Part shown: positions 29,234 to 41,100 of the stretch, one piece after another | How the letters are laid out: each line of letters opens with the position of its first letter | How positions within the stretch are numbered: position 1 is the stretch's first letter | Origin: a virus | Length of the DNA stretch: 64,000 bases | Reading direction: 5' to 3' (one strand) | Virus record (IMG/VR): IMGVR_UViG_3300038451_000147 | Span: 32,001-96,000 of that record | Translations under genes and position numbers: made by a program | The notes under the pieces: model-generated | Databases searched by the model: none | What the model saw: only the letters and a program-made list of their open reading frames with translations | What the model was told of the DNA's origin: nothing

Positions 29234-30435
29234 GCAAAACTCTCCTCTACCGCCCTCACCAACTCGTCCAGAACGGCTTCTGGATTGTTGATGTGGGCCT
29301 TGGCAGACCCCGCTTCTCTCAAACCGCCACCTTCCATGATGGTTGGATTGGCCGTTCTGAAGACCTTTCCGATGTGAATCGGACTATCCGCTTGGCCGTT
29401 CCTTCCTGAGACATGGATACCATACTTAGGAATGGTGTTGATGACGAACCAAGGCTTCTTGTTCTGGCCACCCAACTTGTTCGCCATTGCCGAGCCGATG
29501 TTCCATTCGTGGCTGATGACGGAGACTCCGTAGTTTCCAGTGACCATCGGGAACTCCAACTTCACGTTATTCTTCCAGTCCTCTGAGACCTTCTTGAACT
29601 CCGGCTTATACTTGATGTGGTTCATGGCCATCATCTGAGTATTGGGATTCTTCCCATCTGTAAAGAGAGGAGATGCCAAACTCCCCTTGGTTATCAGAGT
29701 ATAGAGTTCCAACCAGTTGGGTATCTGCTCCAACTCCTTCATGGCCTCATAACAGAAAGGTGGTGCGGCATTGAAGACCATCCTACGTTGGACATGGAGC
29801 AACTGAGCATAGAAGTCTATGAGACCCCAATCATAGCCTAAATTCGCTTGTGTCGCTAAAAGCCCCTTGAGGCCAGCGTGTCTTGAAAGGATGTCCTGAT
29901 AGATTGGGCCACCCTCTTGGCTGTCGCTTGCTACATCGCCTCTGAGTCCGAGCAAGGCCCACTTCTCCATGTTGGCGATTGGCCATTCCAATCTCTTGGC
30001 CCACTTGTAGACGATTCCAGTGGTGCAGTTCTCAGTAGTTGATTCATAGACAAAGGTGGTGTTACCAACAGGTTCGGTCTTGTAACTAGACAAAAGTGCT
30101 TTGTATGTTGCGTAGTCTTCTGGGGTCTCCACTTCTGAGTCGGGCGGATGGTTGTCCCAAAGCACTACATTGATACCAGACTGCATAAGACTCATGGCCT
30201 TTGAGAGCATATCTAGGCCGCTTCCCAAGTCTAGAAGGTAAGCGGTTTCTGGCTTCAGAGCCTTGATTGCCGCTACATTCGCATCCGTCACCCCAAAAGT
30301 ATCCCAATCTTGCCAGATGATGGTGTGCTTCGAGTTGGGCTTCGTTTGGGTGAGTGCATTGTGGACTATCCTAGTGGCGCACATCCCATCGGTATCTTCA
30401 TCGGTCATAATGACCGTATCCTTGTTCTCGCTCAC
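29230..30435 (-). CDS. DHH-family phosphoesterase (RecJ/GAN/Cdc45-like) with altered motifs
   Basis: DEDTDG, LLDLG, WDNH, GLRGDV, VSGR, GGGLREAG. Confidence 0.8.
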   Translation of the reverse strand: MSENKDTVIMTDEDTDGMCATRIVHNALTQTKPNSKHTIIWQDWDTFGVTDANVAAIKALKPETAYLLDLGSGLDMLSKAMSLMQSGINVVLWDNHPPDSEVETPEDYATYKALLSSYKTEPVGNTTFVYESTTENCTTGIVYKWAKRLEWPIANMEKWALLGLRGDVASDSQEGGPIYQDILSRHAGLKGLLATQANLGYDWGLIDFYAQLLHVQRRMVFNAAPPFCYEAMKELEQIPNWLELYTLITKGSLASPLFTDGKNPNTQMMAMNHIKYKPEFKKVSEDWKNNVKLEFPMVTGNYGVSVISHEWNIGSAMANKLGGQNKKPWFVINTIPKYGIHVSGRNGQADSPIHIGKVFRTANPTIMEGGGLREAGSAKAHINNPEAVLDELVRAVEESFA

Positions 30436-30687
30436 GCCTTTTCACCCGCTACAGCCCCGACCCCAATCTTGAGACCGAAACCGTTTTCGAGTTTGAACAT
30501 GACAGCATGGTTCACTGTCATCTCTTCTGGCATCTCAACAGTCTTCGAGAACTTCTCTCTGGTGCGCTCGTCTGTCACAGTTAGCGCAAGAGTTCCATCT
30601 TTGCTTATCTTGTAGGGGCCGAAATCTCCTTCCCACAATGTTTCTGTTTTCATGGCCTACCCATTCGTTTGAAGGTATTTAAGGATT

Positions 30688-31344
30688 CTAGACAGACTTC
30701 CTTACCCCTTTCATGAAGGTCTCTAGTTTCTTGTGGACTTCCTCTAGAACGATGACATCCTGCTTGTTGTGTTGAACGATGTATCGCATCGAGTTTGGAT
30801 TGACCATCGCCGTCTTCCAGATTGTGGGTTCTAGGGGTGTCTTCTCTTCCACATGGAGCAAAGAGGCAACAGAAGCCAGTCTGTTGGAGTGCAATTGGAG
30901 TTTGGCCTTGACCAGATAGTAGAGGTCAACGTGCTGAACCTCACCATAGGCCGGGAAGTCTAGACCCCAATCCAAGGCGCGAGTCCTTATCATGGGAAGG
31001 TCGAAGCCAGTCCCATAGTAGGTGTAGAGAACGTCATATTGTCTCATCGCGTCTATACACGCTTGGACTGTCCTCTTGTCAAAAGTCTCGGCAAGCGGCT
31101 CATCTGGGACTCTCATGCAGTCCCAAACCATCTCCCTACTGTCTCTAGTCTTGATGGCCCAACTGTAGATAATGTTGAAGTCTCCCTGAAGACCGTTGGC
31201 TTCAATATCTAGATAGCCAACCTTCATGTCCTTATTCATATAGTCATCAAGGAACTTCTTCCAACAGTTCGGGTGTCCTACGCCAGTGTGCGCGTGTTCG
31301 CACTTCCACAGCGCGGGACTGATTAGTGGTTTCTTACCTTTCAT
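30688..31344 (-). CDS. DnaQ/RNase H-like (YprB-type) 3'-5' exonuclease
   Basis: YLDIEANG, YYGTGFDLPMIRTR, HVDLY, HNKQDV. Confidence 0.85.
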   Translation of the reverse strand: MKGKKPLISPALWKCEHAHTGVGHPNCWKKFLDDYMNKDMKVGYLDIEANGLQGDFNIIYSWAIKTRDSREMVWDCMRVPDEPLAETFDKRTVQACIDAMRQYDVLYTYYGTGFDLPMIRTRALDWGLDFPAYGEVQHVDLYYLVKAKLQLHSNRLASVASLLHVEEKTPLEPTIWKTAMVNPNSMRYIVQHNKQDVIVLEEVHKKLETFMKGVRKSV

Positions 31345-31449
31345 AGCATACCCACCATCGCAATGGTATTTAAGGATTCGCTCATTTTCGCGTCTACTAG
31401 ATGTGTATACGCGAACAGTCTACTTAAGCGTTGTCGTTGATAAAGTTGT

Positions 31450-32091
31450 TTATAATGTTCCAACAGTCACATACCCCTTTGCCGCTTCCAGACCGTCAGG
31501 AGTCCCACAATCGAAGAACTTGCTCTTCGTCTTGATGACATCGAACTTCGTTCCCTTCTGAATCATCTGAAAGAGGACTTGGTTCATGTTCCCATATCGC
31601 AACTGGCCATTCTCCAAAAGTCTCTTGGTAGTCGTCTTCATCAGGTCGGTGAAGATGTCATCCGCGATGTAGGTATCCGCCGTAACATAGGCGTGCTCCT
31701 TAGAGATGAACTCATCCATGAAGTTGTAGTTATCGAAGTAGGAGTCAATCGCACCAAAGACGACCTCTTTGAACTTGGTGTTGACGGTCATAGCCGGGAT
31801 GCCGCTAGTCATCCAAAGAGAGGGGTTGTTAACCTGTCCCTTGCTTCCATTGGTGTCCAGAAAGAGTGTGATGGTCTTATCACTAAAGGTGCTGTGAGCA
31901 TTGTCATTATACCACTTGTTCCACCAACCCTGATTGATTCGGTTGTGGACTATCCAAACCGTATCGGCTGGAACAGCACTGATTGTCCTCTCAAAGAGGC
32001 GGTTGCCGTTACTGTCTAACAGAAGGTGCTTCTGGATTTGGTCTGCCGTGTATCCGCCAGCCATCAGAACTAGAACACGCCCACTACTCAT
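31450..32091 (-). CDS. Degenerate sugar-nucleotidyltransferase (GT-A fold) homolog
   Basis: VLVLMAGG...KHLL and C-terminal FFDCGTPDGL, but the GxGTR loop is missing. Confidence 0.6.
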   Translation of the reverse strand: MSSGRVLVLMAGGYTADQIQKHLLLDSNGNRLFERTISAVPADTVWIVHNRINQGWWNKWYNDNAHSTFSDKTITLFLDTNGSKGQVNNPSLWMTSGIPAMTVNTKFKEVVFGAIDSYFDNYNFMDEFISKEHAYVTADTYIADDIFTDLMKTTTKRLLENGQLRYGNMNQVLFQMIQKGTKFDVIKTKSKFFDCGTPDGLEAAKGYVTVGTL

Positions 32092-32138
32092 GAATACCCC
32101 TAGTATAATAGCCTATTTAAAGATTCTCGGTTGCTATA

Positions 32139-33194
32139 CTATACGAAGGTAAGGCCACCAAGAGATGAGAGAACTAGGGCTATGTGGTTCCCTATGGTAG
32201 TAGTGCCACCGCCAGCGAACAGTAGAGCCACTGCTTTCTGGTCGCTCTGCCTCATGATTAAAGAGCCAGAGTCTCCGCCAGCACTGAACGGAGTGGTCAT
32301 ATCCTGAACGATGACCTGTTCTATGAAGGTTGCTACATTGGAACCGCCATAGCCAACAGTGATGGTTCCAGCCGTATCTATCACAAGACCAGTGGTGACT
32401 CCTGTAGTGCGCCCGGATTTGGTCACAACATCTCCGTCTACAGCCTCACTTACCCCTATCGGAGAGAACAAACCGTTCTCCTGTGGCAGATAGTTGGTCT
32501 GGTCGTTGAGAGTGGCCCACGCACAATCAACTTGGTTCTGTGCTATTTGCTTGACTGTCCCATGAAGCCTTGTCTTCCTATGAAGACCCTTTGCCAAGCC
32601 ATTGTATGCGCCAGAAATCATAGCGGCATTGGGACAGTTGCTAGGCTGTGTGCCATCATACACAATCGGAACGAAATAGGCGAGTTTGGCTATCTGGTCA
32701 TTGAGTAGAGTGCCACCATCGTAGGCTCCCGGCTGAAGGATGGGGTCTCCCATACTCGCATTGTTCTCATTGGCCAGAACGTGGTTGTTACTCAGAATGC
32801 CGATAGTGCCAGTCGGGTCTTTCACAAAGTAGTCTATAGTGCCAGCCGTAATCTCATAGTGGCCTACGCTGATTCCGCCTATAAGGGGTCTGAACTTTTT
32901 TGTCGGGTCTTGAAAGGGTGGGGCCGACCTAGCCTTCTGATGACCAATCTCGATAACATCAACAGCGATTGTATTCCCATTCTCATCCTCTATGTTGTCT
33001 GGAAGTATCTCCTCTGCTTTCAACTCAGAGAGAGCCTTCTTCTTCTCAACGTAGACTCTTACGGCCATATTCCCTGTTCTCTTCCCGCCCTTGAGTTCGT
33101 CCTTCAACTCGGCACTGTAACCGTTGACATTCGGAAAGTTCTCATGGAAATATGCGAGAGCCGCAACTAGATTAGGATGTAGTCTTTTACCCAT
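32139..33194 (-). CDS. Trypsin-like serine protease (Nal1-type)
   Basis: Triad LSNNHVL, VDCA, GDSGS; QPGAYDGG; KSGRTTGVT. Confidence 0.9.
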   Translation of the reverse strand: MGKRLHPNLVAALAYFHENFPNVNGYSAELKDELKGGKRTGNMAVRVYVEKKKALSELKAEEILPDNIEDENGNTIAVDVIEIGHQKARSAPPFQDPTKKFRPLIGGISVGHYEITAGTIDYFVKDPTGTIGILSNNHVLANENNASMGDPILQPGAYDGGTLLNDQIAKLAYFVPIVYDGTQPSNCPNAAMISGAYNGLAKGLHRKTRLHGTVKQIAQNQVDCAWATLNDQTNYLPQENGLFSPIGVSEAVDGDVVTKSGRTTGVTTGLVIDTAGTITVGYGGSNVATFIEQVIVQDMTTPFSAGGDSGSLIMRQSDQKAVALLFAGGGTTTIGNHIALVLSSLGGLTFV

Positions 33195-34314
33195 ACCCTA
33201 TCACTGGTCGGGAAAGCATTTAAAGGTTTGCCTTACTATAGTTTGATTTCCTTGGGCGTGTATGTGAGAACAGTCCGGCCCTCATTCTCATGTTCGATGG
33301 TGAAGACCATAGCCAGCAGAACTAGACTCTGATACTCGCTCTTGACCGTTTTGAAGAGTTGGGTGGCAAAGGACTCAGGACTGGTCTTGCTTTCCTCTGA
33401 GATGTGAGACATGATAACCTGAAGGTCTCTCCGGGCTTGCCAGATGATTTTAGGTGGGAGAACCTCTCCCTTCAGTTTGGGGATGTCCACTATGAGAGAG
33501 ACTTGAGGCTGTCCCGCGTAGGCAAAAGTCACTTGCATAGCGTTTAAATAGAACAGAGGGATTATAAAGATTATGCTCCGTAACTCACAAGGGAAGCCAG
33601 CCTTCTGGCGCATCAGCACTACCAACGACCCTAATGACAAGACTATCCAGATACAAACCGACTATCCCTTCGTCTTCGTCTATACCTCAAATACAGGTGC
33701 GCCTCTGGGCGTGTCTCAGGCTCCAACTGGCGTATGGAGTCCCTTGATTGCAACATGGACATTCCCACAAATACCTTACCCGACTAGCATAAACGTAGAG
33801 ATTCTAGACGGCGGAAGCCATCAATCCTATGGCTCTGAAGTGCTTTCGGTCTTCGGTGGCGATGTCTTTAGAATGAGGATAACCTATCCAAGCACCGAGA
33901 GCAACAATCCGGCTGGACACGGATACATTGACGCTATGGTAGATGGTCAAAGGATGACCATCTACGGAGAGAACTACTTACAACAGGAGTTCTATCACGA
34001 TGATGTCTGGACGAGAGGTTCCGGCAACTAATCGTTCCTATTCATGGAGACTACCCAAACATCGGAACTGCCGCTATACCTTTCGGTTGCTCTTCTTTCT
34101 CGAAGGCATCGTCCAAAACCTTATGGAAGATAGTCCTCATAAGCATGAGTTTGGACTCGACCAAAAGGTGGTCTCTCTGAAGTGAATCGAACAGAGCAAC
34201 AACTTCTTTCTCGCTCATATCATGTCGTAGGCTGTTTGCGAACTCAAGGAGTTCTTTTTCTACATCTCTTGTTGTTTCCATGCCACAACCCATTATCCTG
34301 TGGCTATTTAAGGA

Positions 34315-34659
34315 TTACAGTTGAAGGTTGGGCAAGTTAGCCCTCAGTCCTTGATTCCTCTTAATCCACTGACAATTCCAGCACAAAACCTGATAGCCGC
34401 CCGGATAGTGGTGCTTCTTGAGCCAGCAGTAGAACCTGTATCCATGTCCCTCTTCTGCCCTTCTCTCGGCTCCATCATCATCAATGTGGTCAATAGTCAG
34501 CGCATCCAAATTAGTGTAGGGTAACTGGTGTTCTCCAAAAGGATTGGCGCATTGTGGCGGGTCGTGCTGAGAGTAAAAGCACATCACTTCCATCTTTAAA
34601 TAGTATCGCTTTTTGAACTGTGCTTCCTTGTAACGCATCTCTGCGTCTGAACTTTCCAT
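34315..34659 (-). CDS. HNH-like endonuclease
   Basis: CANPFGEH..LTIDHIDDDG...GYQVLCWNCQ. Confidence 0.7.
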   Translation of the reverse strand: MESSDAEMRYKEAQFKKRYYLKMEVMCFYSQHDPPQCANPFGEHQLPYTNLDALTIDHIDDDGAERRAEEGHGYRFYCWLKKHHYPGGYQVLCWNCQWIKRNQGLRANLPNLQL

Positions 34660-35477
34660 CCCGGCATGGCAGAACCTCTGCCCCTTATAAGGATTTCACG
34701 ATTTTAGGAATCCCTATATGGTAGAAGAGAACCAGAAGAGTTCAATTAGAGTTCGTGTGTGATTCTGAGGAACCATCTCCTTCTAGTTCCTCATAAATCT
34801 CAAATAGAAGGAGAATAACAATCATAACACAACTAACAGAATGCTTATAAAGGGTGGGATTGCAAGGGTGGGGTATGAGCAAGAAATCAGAACGGTGGCC
34901 GTTACCTAAGTTCAAACTACATCTAAAGTCAGAAGGGTGGCTTGAGGTCACTCTTCCTTTGAAGAACGTTTCAGCATCACAAATCCAAGTGCGAGTCTCC
35001 TATTATGAGAGAAGCAGTGATGGGAAGATGATTGGACAGAAGCAGACGCTTGACACGACCAAGGGAGACCTCATCGCTGAGATAGAGATGTGGGAACAAT
35101 GACTAAAGACTGTCTTCCTGTTTCAGTTGGTTGGCGGTTAACAGGGTTGTCTTCTACATGGAAGGACTGTGATAGTTTCGCTAGAGAAAATGGATGGGTT
35201 GAATTTCACTTTCTAGATGGCCGTAGAATGTTCTATCCCTCTGATGTCATAACGTGGATAGAGGTTGCTGGCGAAAGGAAATGAGCCAGTATTCTGATGA
35301 CTATTGGTTCAGATACTTCATGATGGAAGACACCGCACGACAGGATTGGAAGAGTAGACAAGAATGGCGTAAAGCAAGAGGATTGCCACCACTTCCCTCA
35401 TTTGAGGAAGCCCTTGTCGCAAGTCGGGGTCAAGAATGGGTGAATGCTTATAAAGAGGCAAAACAGAGGCTAGTGTC

Positions 35478-35723
35478 ATGAGCGAGAAAGTAGTAAGCGA
35501 AGTCATCACAGCCCAGACGAGAGCCGCTTTCGAGCAGAAGGTCAAGGATAAACTCAAGGCGTGCTATTCTCAAGGTTCTGAGGTCAATGTGAACGAGTTC
35601 TCTCAGAAGTATGGGGTTCGGACTAGCAACGTGAGAAAGGCTGTAGAGGCACTTGAGAAAGAAGGATACGTTCTGAAGTTGCCAACGGCGGTTCCAAGAC
35701 CGAAGCCAAGTGAGCAAAGATGA
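35478..35723 (+). CDS. GntR-like winged HTH regulator
   Basis: NEFSQKYGVRTSNVRKAVEALEKEGYV. Confidence 0.75.
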   Translation: MSEKVVSEVITAQTRAAFEQKVKDKLKACYSQGSEVNVNEFSQKYGVRTSNVRKAVEALEKEGYVLKLPTAVPRPKPSEQR

Positions 35724-35949
35724 AAGGCACACCCGTCAAGATGACTAAGGAGCAGATACAGGAGATGATTGCGACAACGGCTAAAAGATACAGGGGTGAG
35801 CCGCCTCAGTGGAGATACGGCTATCTTTGCGCCCTTCACCAGATAGGAGAGGACGATGGAAAGGACGACTGCAACCATTATGACACAGAAGGGTCGCTTG
35901 AGGCGTTCTTCAAACTGATAGGCAAGGACTATAAACAGGTGTATGCGTA

Positions 35950-36288
35950 ATGAGTTCATCAACTCCACCCGCATCTGAGACAAGTGCCGGAACTCCTACC
36001 CCAGAGCAACCTCTGAAGTTCCCGGCCTTTGAGGACTCGGACATCAAAGTGCTGAAAGGCATCACACTCTCCAAGAACGGTGGTTGGTGGAGTGCCATCT
36101 TGCTTGTCGAGACCTACCACAAGATACAGGTGAAGTGGTATCTCTGGCAAGAGAAGGAGAATAAGGACACCCATCAGAAGGAGTGGAAGAGGAAACAACA
36201 CTACACTATCAACCCATTCAATTGGGAAGAGTGCAAGAAGATAACAGACCAACTTCTCCTAGAGAGAAAGGGGATAAAGCCATCATGA
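35950..36288 (+). CDS. PC4-like ssDNA-binding protein (tentative)
   Basis: WWSAILLVE..YLWQ..WKRKQHYTI..W pattern of beta strands plus a helix. Confidence 0.35.
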   Translation: MSSSTPPASETSAGTPTPEQPLKFPAFEDSDIKVLKGITLSKNGGWWSAILLVETYHKIQVKWYLWQEKENKDTHQKEWKRKQHYTINPFNWEECKKITDQLLLERKGIKPS

Positions 36289-36692
36289 GTTTCTCCACTT
36301 GCACTCGTTGTAACAGACCATTTAATGAACATCCAACGAAGTTTGAAGATGCACCTGCTCCATTCATGGTTGCAAGACGCTACCAAGTCAATGAGAGATG
36401 CACTCTCTCATCTGAATCAGAACTCAAGGTAGGAGACAAATACAACGGCCACAAGATGTCTCCTCTCACCCTCTCTGTCAAAGAGATTGTGGACGAATAC
36501 AAGAAAGCCACCCAGAACTTCGGAGCGTTCCACAACGCACATGAGGGTTATGCAGTCATTCTAGAAGAGTTGGACGAACTGAAGGATGAGGTCTTCAAAC
36601 AGCATCCTCAAAGGACTAAGGAGAGGTTGAGAGCAGAGGCCAGACAGGTGGCGGCAATGGCTCTCAGATTCATGGTGGATGTTACATCATGA
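36285..36692 (+). CDS. MazG-like all-alpha NTP pyrophosphohydrolase
   Basis: HEGYAVILEELDEL...EARQVAAMALRF. Confidence 0.7.
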   Translation: MSFSTCTRCNRPFNEHPTKFEDAPAPFMVARRYQVNERCTLSSESELKVGDKYNGHKMSPLTLSVKEIVDEYKKATQNFGAFHNAHEGYAVILEELDELKDEVFKQHPQRTKERLRAEARQVAAMALRFMVDVTS

Positions 36693-37072
36693 GCGATAGC
36701 GAAGACCTCAAGACAATGAAGCAGAGGGTGGCCAAAGCCTTTCTCGCCTTTATGCACGCCAACGACACTGGCCTAACTCAAGACCAGATAAGGGCCATTC
36801 AAATCATCTGTTCAAACTACGAGTTTGGAGATGCGGTAAGAGCTTATTTGAACACTATATATCCTGTTCAGTCTGTGAAGCCAACTTCTTCCGATACTCC
36901 ACAAATCTGAGCCAGTAGTTCCTGTAGGTGAATGAGGCTTGGTGTCTACCGTAACCATGCTCCATGAGGGTGGTCACAATCTCATCCCTAGATTTGGGTG
37001 GAGAGGCTATGAAACAGGTATACATCCATTGGGCGATTGATGGGTATCCTAAGAAGGGCTTGGGGTGCATCT

Positions 37073-37435
37073 CTAAGGCACTGGATGACGGGCTATGACG
37101 TTGATGCTGAAGGTCTCCGTGTCCTCTAGGTAGGTGTAAGCAGGAGCGAATCCAGTAGTCATCTCAATCTCTGCATCAAAGGTTCCTGTGATAGAGAAGT
37201 CGCCCTGTAGCACTATGTAGGTGGCTATACACCTGATGCCAGTTATGGGGTCTACTGAAGTAGTGCAAGTCCCGCTAAACGAAACAGTAGGGTCTTCCTC
37301 TTGCGTAAACACCCATAGAGTGGGCGTTTCACCAGTTAGGTCTCTAGGCGTTCCATCAGCATTGAGTATGGTGAAGGTAAGGGCAAACCCGAAGTTGTCC
37401 ACTTTAACGACCAATCCTGATGGCATTTCTTTCAC
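37073..37435 (-). CDS. BppU-N-like baseplate/fibre adaptor
   Basis: LTFTILNADGTPRDLTG...YIVLQGDF..GTFDAEIE. Confidence 0.6.
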   Translation of the reverse strand: MKEMPSGLVVKVDNFGFALTFTILNADGTPRDLTGETPTLWVFTQEEDPTVSFSGTCTTSVDPITGIRCIATYIVLQGDFSITGTFDAEIEMTTGFAPAYTYLEDTETFSINVIARHPVP

Positions 37436-37465
37436 ACTGGATAGGGACTTCCGACTATTTAAAGT

Positions 37466-38173
37466 CTAAGTCGGGTTGCTGTCCATAACGAACTTGACCT
37501 CTTTCTTTGGGGTTTTAGCCTTGAATGAGTGGTCTCTCATCTTGACGGTCAACTCACGCACTTCTGGCACTGTGATAGGATTTATGGTTATTGAGGTCGC
37601 TCCCCAATAACCCACAGCCACAGCTACAACTACAAATGAGCCAGTGTTGTGAATAGTGAAGTCAAAAGGAACAGGAGTCGGAGGCAAATTTGGGCTTTCG
37701 TAATGCTGTGCAAATACCGTAGGTGCTACAAATGCGCTGTCTGTTCTCCTCACACCAACACCGCCTATTAATAGGTCGGTATCGCCAGTGAAAGTCTCCG
37801 TATAAGCAGAATCGTGGCCAACTGTAGCCCCGCCACTACGTTCTGAATCGGCATCTATGTTGGCTGGCGGTAATGTAGTAGAACCGATTTGGCTGTTGCC
37901 ACTGCAATAGGCATAGATGTAATAGTCATCTATGGGAGTGTAGCCACCACCCCATAGTGTGAGCGTATCAGTAAACATACTCGTCTCAAGAGCATAACCA
38001 ACATCCGTTGTATAGGTTCCGCTAGGGAACTCATAGGCGGCAAAAGCAAAGTTAGTCCAACTCCAACTAGGTGTCACAAGAACCTCATAATCTCCGACAG
38101 TGGCAGATGGAATCACAAACATCCACACTGTCTCGTAGTCATCTGGCCCTGTCTGGTTTATTACGATTGACAC
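37466..38173 (-). CDS. Virion fibre/adhesin-like protein
   Basis: Beta-rich; basic C-terminal tail similar in character to that of the adjacent 1236-aa protein. Confidence 0.45.
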   Translation of the reverse strand: MSIVINQTGPDDYETVWMFVIPSATVGDYEVLVTPSWSWTNFAFAAYEFPSGTYTTDVGYALETSMFTDTLTLWGGGYTPIDDYYIYAYCSGNSQIGSTTLPPANIDADSERSGGATVGHDSAYTETFTGDTDLLIGGVGVRRTDSAFVAPTVFAQHYESPNLPPTPVPFDFTIHNTGSFVVVAVAVGYWGATSITINPITVPEVRELTVKMRDHSFKAKTPKKEVKFVMDSNPT

Positions 38174-38191
38174 AATTTATACTAGGCTACT

Positions 38192-41100
38192 CTAAGTATT
38201 TACGTCTTCCTCTTCTTCTGGCACTACTCTCAGCCTCAGAGCCTTCTTGAAGGTCTTGAGAGTCGTGTTCTTGACCTCAGAGAGTATCTTAAGTTTGAGA
38301 AACTCCTTCCATTCAAACCTCATCTGGCCAACAATCCCCTCACCCATGTATCCGAATATTAGAATTAGAGTCGTAACGAGATTACCTGTCTCCTTAGTGC
38401 CTATTTCTCCCTTGACTACTTGGTGTGTGACAGCAAACTTGCTAGTTGTTTCATCACCCATACTTCCTGAGACCTTTTGATGGGTTATCGTCTTCTCCGT
38501 CACACCGACTCCTATCGCTCCGCTTACAACATCATGCAAGGCCGCAGTCACACCAAGCAGTCGAGTCCCGATAGAGCCTTTCGTAGTCTGATGAGTTACG
38601 GTGAACGTCTCGCTAGAAGAGGTTCCTATATGTCCAGAGACTACCTGCCCTGTCTCTACAATTAGATGGATGGCCGCGCCAATGGCCCCGCTTATTATGT
38701 CGAAGGTCTTTTCCTTTGCCGTTGTAGAAGTCCCAAGTTGACCAGAGACCTCTTGGTGAGGAATGGTCATCGCACCTGTCTCTGTTAAACCTATAGTCCC
38801 TGCGACCTTTTGGCGTGTGATACCCTTGCCCGAAAGTGAAGTGCCAATTGCTCCGCTTACAAGGTCGTGTATTATCTCGACAACCGATGCTCTGGCCCCA
38901 ACTGAGCCATACACAACTTGAGAGGCTACAAGAGTTTGGCCCGTCTCGGTCACACCTATCGTTCCCTTGACTTTCTGTCGCGTTATGATTTGGCCAAGAA
39001 TCGAGTCTCCAATCGCTCCGTTTACGCGCTGACTTATCACACTAAGCACACCCAACGCATTGGTTCCGATAGAACCTGTGGTCTTCTGATGGGTTATCGC
39101 GGTCTGGCCAGACTCAGCCGTTCCTAAGGCTCCTGAAGTCGTTTGATGGGTGATGGTGATTTCACCAGACTCCTCTGAACCAATCTGTCCAAAAGTCTTT
39201 TGGTTGGTGGCACTCCGACCTGAAATCGAGCCGTTGATGGCCCCGCTTACAAATTGGCTCAATATCTTGATTGCTCCTAACAGATTGGTTCCAAGAGAGC
39301 CGCTTACCTCTTGGTGGGTTATAAGAACTGCACCCGTTTCTGCCGCACCCATAGTTCCCGAAACCACTTCATTGGTTGCGACAGTTCCTGAAATCTCATT
39401 CCCAATATCTCCATGCACAACTTGGGATATGACGATGCCCAAAGACATTGCGGTTCCCATCACTCCTTGGAGTCCCTTATTCACAATACTCCATACTTGG
39501 CTCCCAATGCTTCCAGAGGTCTCTTGGTGGGTGACAGCCAGTGTGCCAGTGGCATCCTCACCCATAGTGCCGCTTACCACTTGGTTAGTGACTGAGGTTT
39601 CTGTCGCTTCCACACCTAACTCTCCAGAGACCACATCTCTAGTTACAACTGCGCCAATCCCTTCTGCCCCAATGTTGACTCCGATTACATCATGAGTCAC
39701 ACTCTGCCCAAAGCCACTGAGTCCAGTGCTACCGCTAACCTCTTGATGTGTTATATCGGTGACTCCTGAAGCCTCATTGCCCAACGCCCCACTTATTACA
39801 TCACCAGTGACTACTTCCTCTGTGGCAGACGTTCCCAAGAGGCCACTCATGGCTTGGTATATCACATTCGCTATACCAGAGAGGTCGTCTCCTAATGAGC
39901 CAGAGACTTCCTGATGAGTCATCTCTATCGCCTCAGATGAGGCTTCGCCTATCGAACCAGATGCGGTTTGAGAGGTTATTTCGAGTGCTCCACTGGCCTC
40001 TTCTCCAATGGTTCCTTCCACCACATCGTTTGTTATCAATGCTCCGAGTATGGCACTCCCGATGTATCCGAACATCTGTATTGCAGAGGTAACTATTGCG
40101 ATTCCAGAGATGGCACTTCCTATCGAACCCATTATATTTTGTAAAGTGACAACAAACGTCCCGCTTGCATCAGTTCCTACTAACCCACTTACTTCTTGAT
40201 GAGTGACAAACAACTCACCAGAAGCCGTATTGCCTATCGAGCCACTTACTGCATCACTAATGATTAGTGTCTCAGTTGCTTCGGTTCCTAATATACCAGA
40301 CACAAGTTGCGACAGTATCGCAAATGTCCCTGCTAAAGAATTGCCCAAAGAGCCAGAGGTTTCCTGATGGGTTACAGCCAAAGCACCAGAAGCGATGTCT
40401 CCCATTGCGCCACTGGTTTCCTGATGAGTGATAGCCAAAGTCCCAGAAACATCGTCTCCTATCAAGCCACTTATCTCTTGATGAGTCATCTCTATAACAC
40501 CAGAGACCGAATCTCCTATAGAGCCAGAGACTACATCATTGGTGATGATTGCTCCGCTTGCACTGTCTCCAATTGCACCTGCGGCAGTCTGATATATCAT
40601 CTCAATTGCACCAGATATAGCATCTCCTATACTTCCTGCAACTACCTGTTCTGTCTCTACAATCTCTGAGATAGCCGCACCTATGGCTCCACTTATTGTC
40701 TGATATGTCATAACCAACGCTCCACTAAGACTGCTTCCTATCAATCCAGAGACCGTTTGATGCGTTATTTCGGTTGTACCACTGATGGCATCGCCTATAG
40801 AACCAACTACCTCTTGATGAGTTATCTCAATCGCTTCTGTCGCACTCTCACCTAAAACACCTGATACAATCTGTTGAGAAATGCCTGTTAGAGTAGACAG
40901 AGCACTTCCTATAGCTCCGTATACATATGTAACAAGGGCAGTGACAGCCACTCCGACAAGACTGGTTCCAATAGAGCCACCGATGGTCTGATGGGTTATA
41001 GCAATCGCTCCACTACCCGCGTTACCCATCGAACCTACTACAGTTTGATATGTCATTTTAACTGAGTCAGCAATAGCGTTTCCAACAGAACCCGTTGCAG

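Noticed and set aside
28523-30435. Host chromosomal fragment or provirus boundary around uS2
   Set aside because: No other ribosomal-operon genes, overlapping viral-style neighbours, and no integrase or att site seen.
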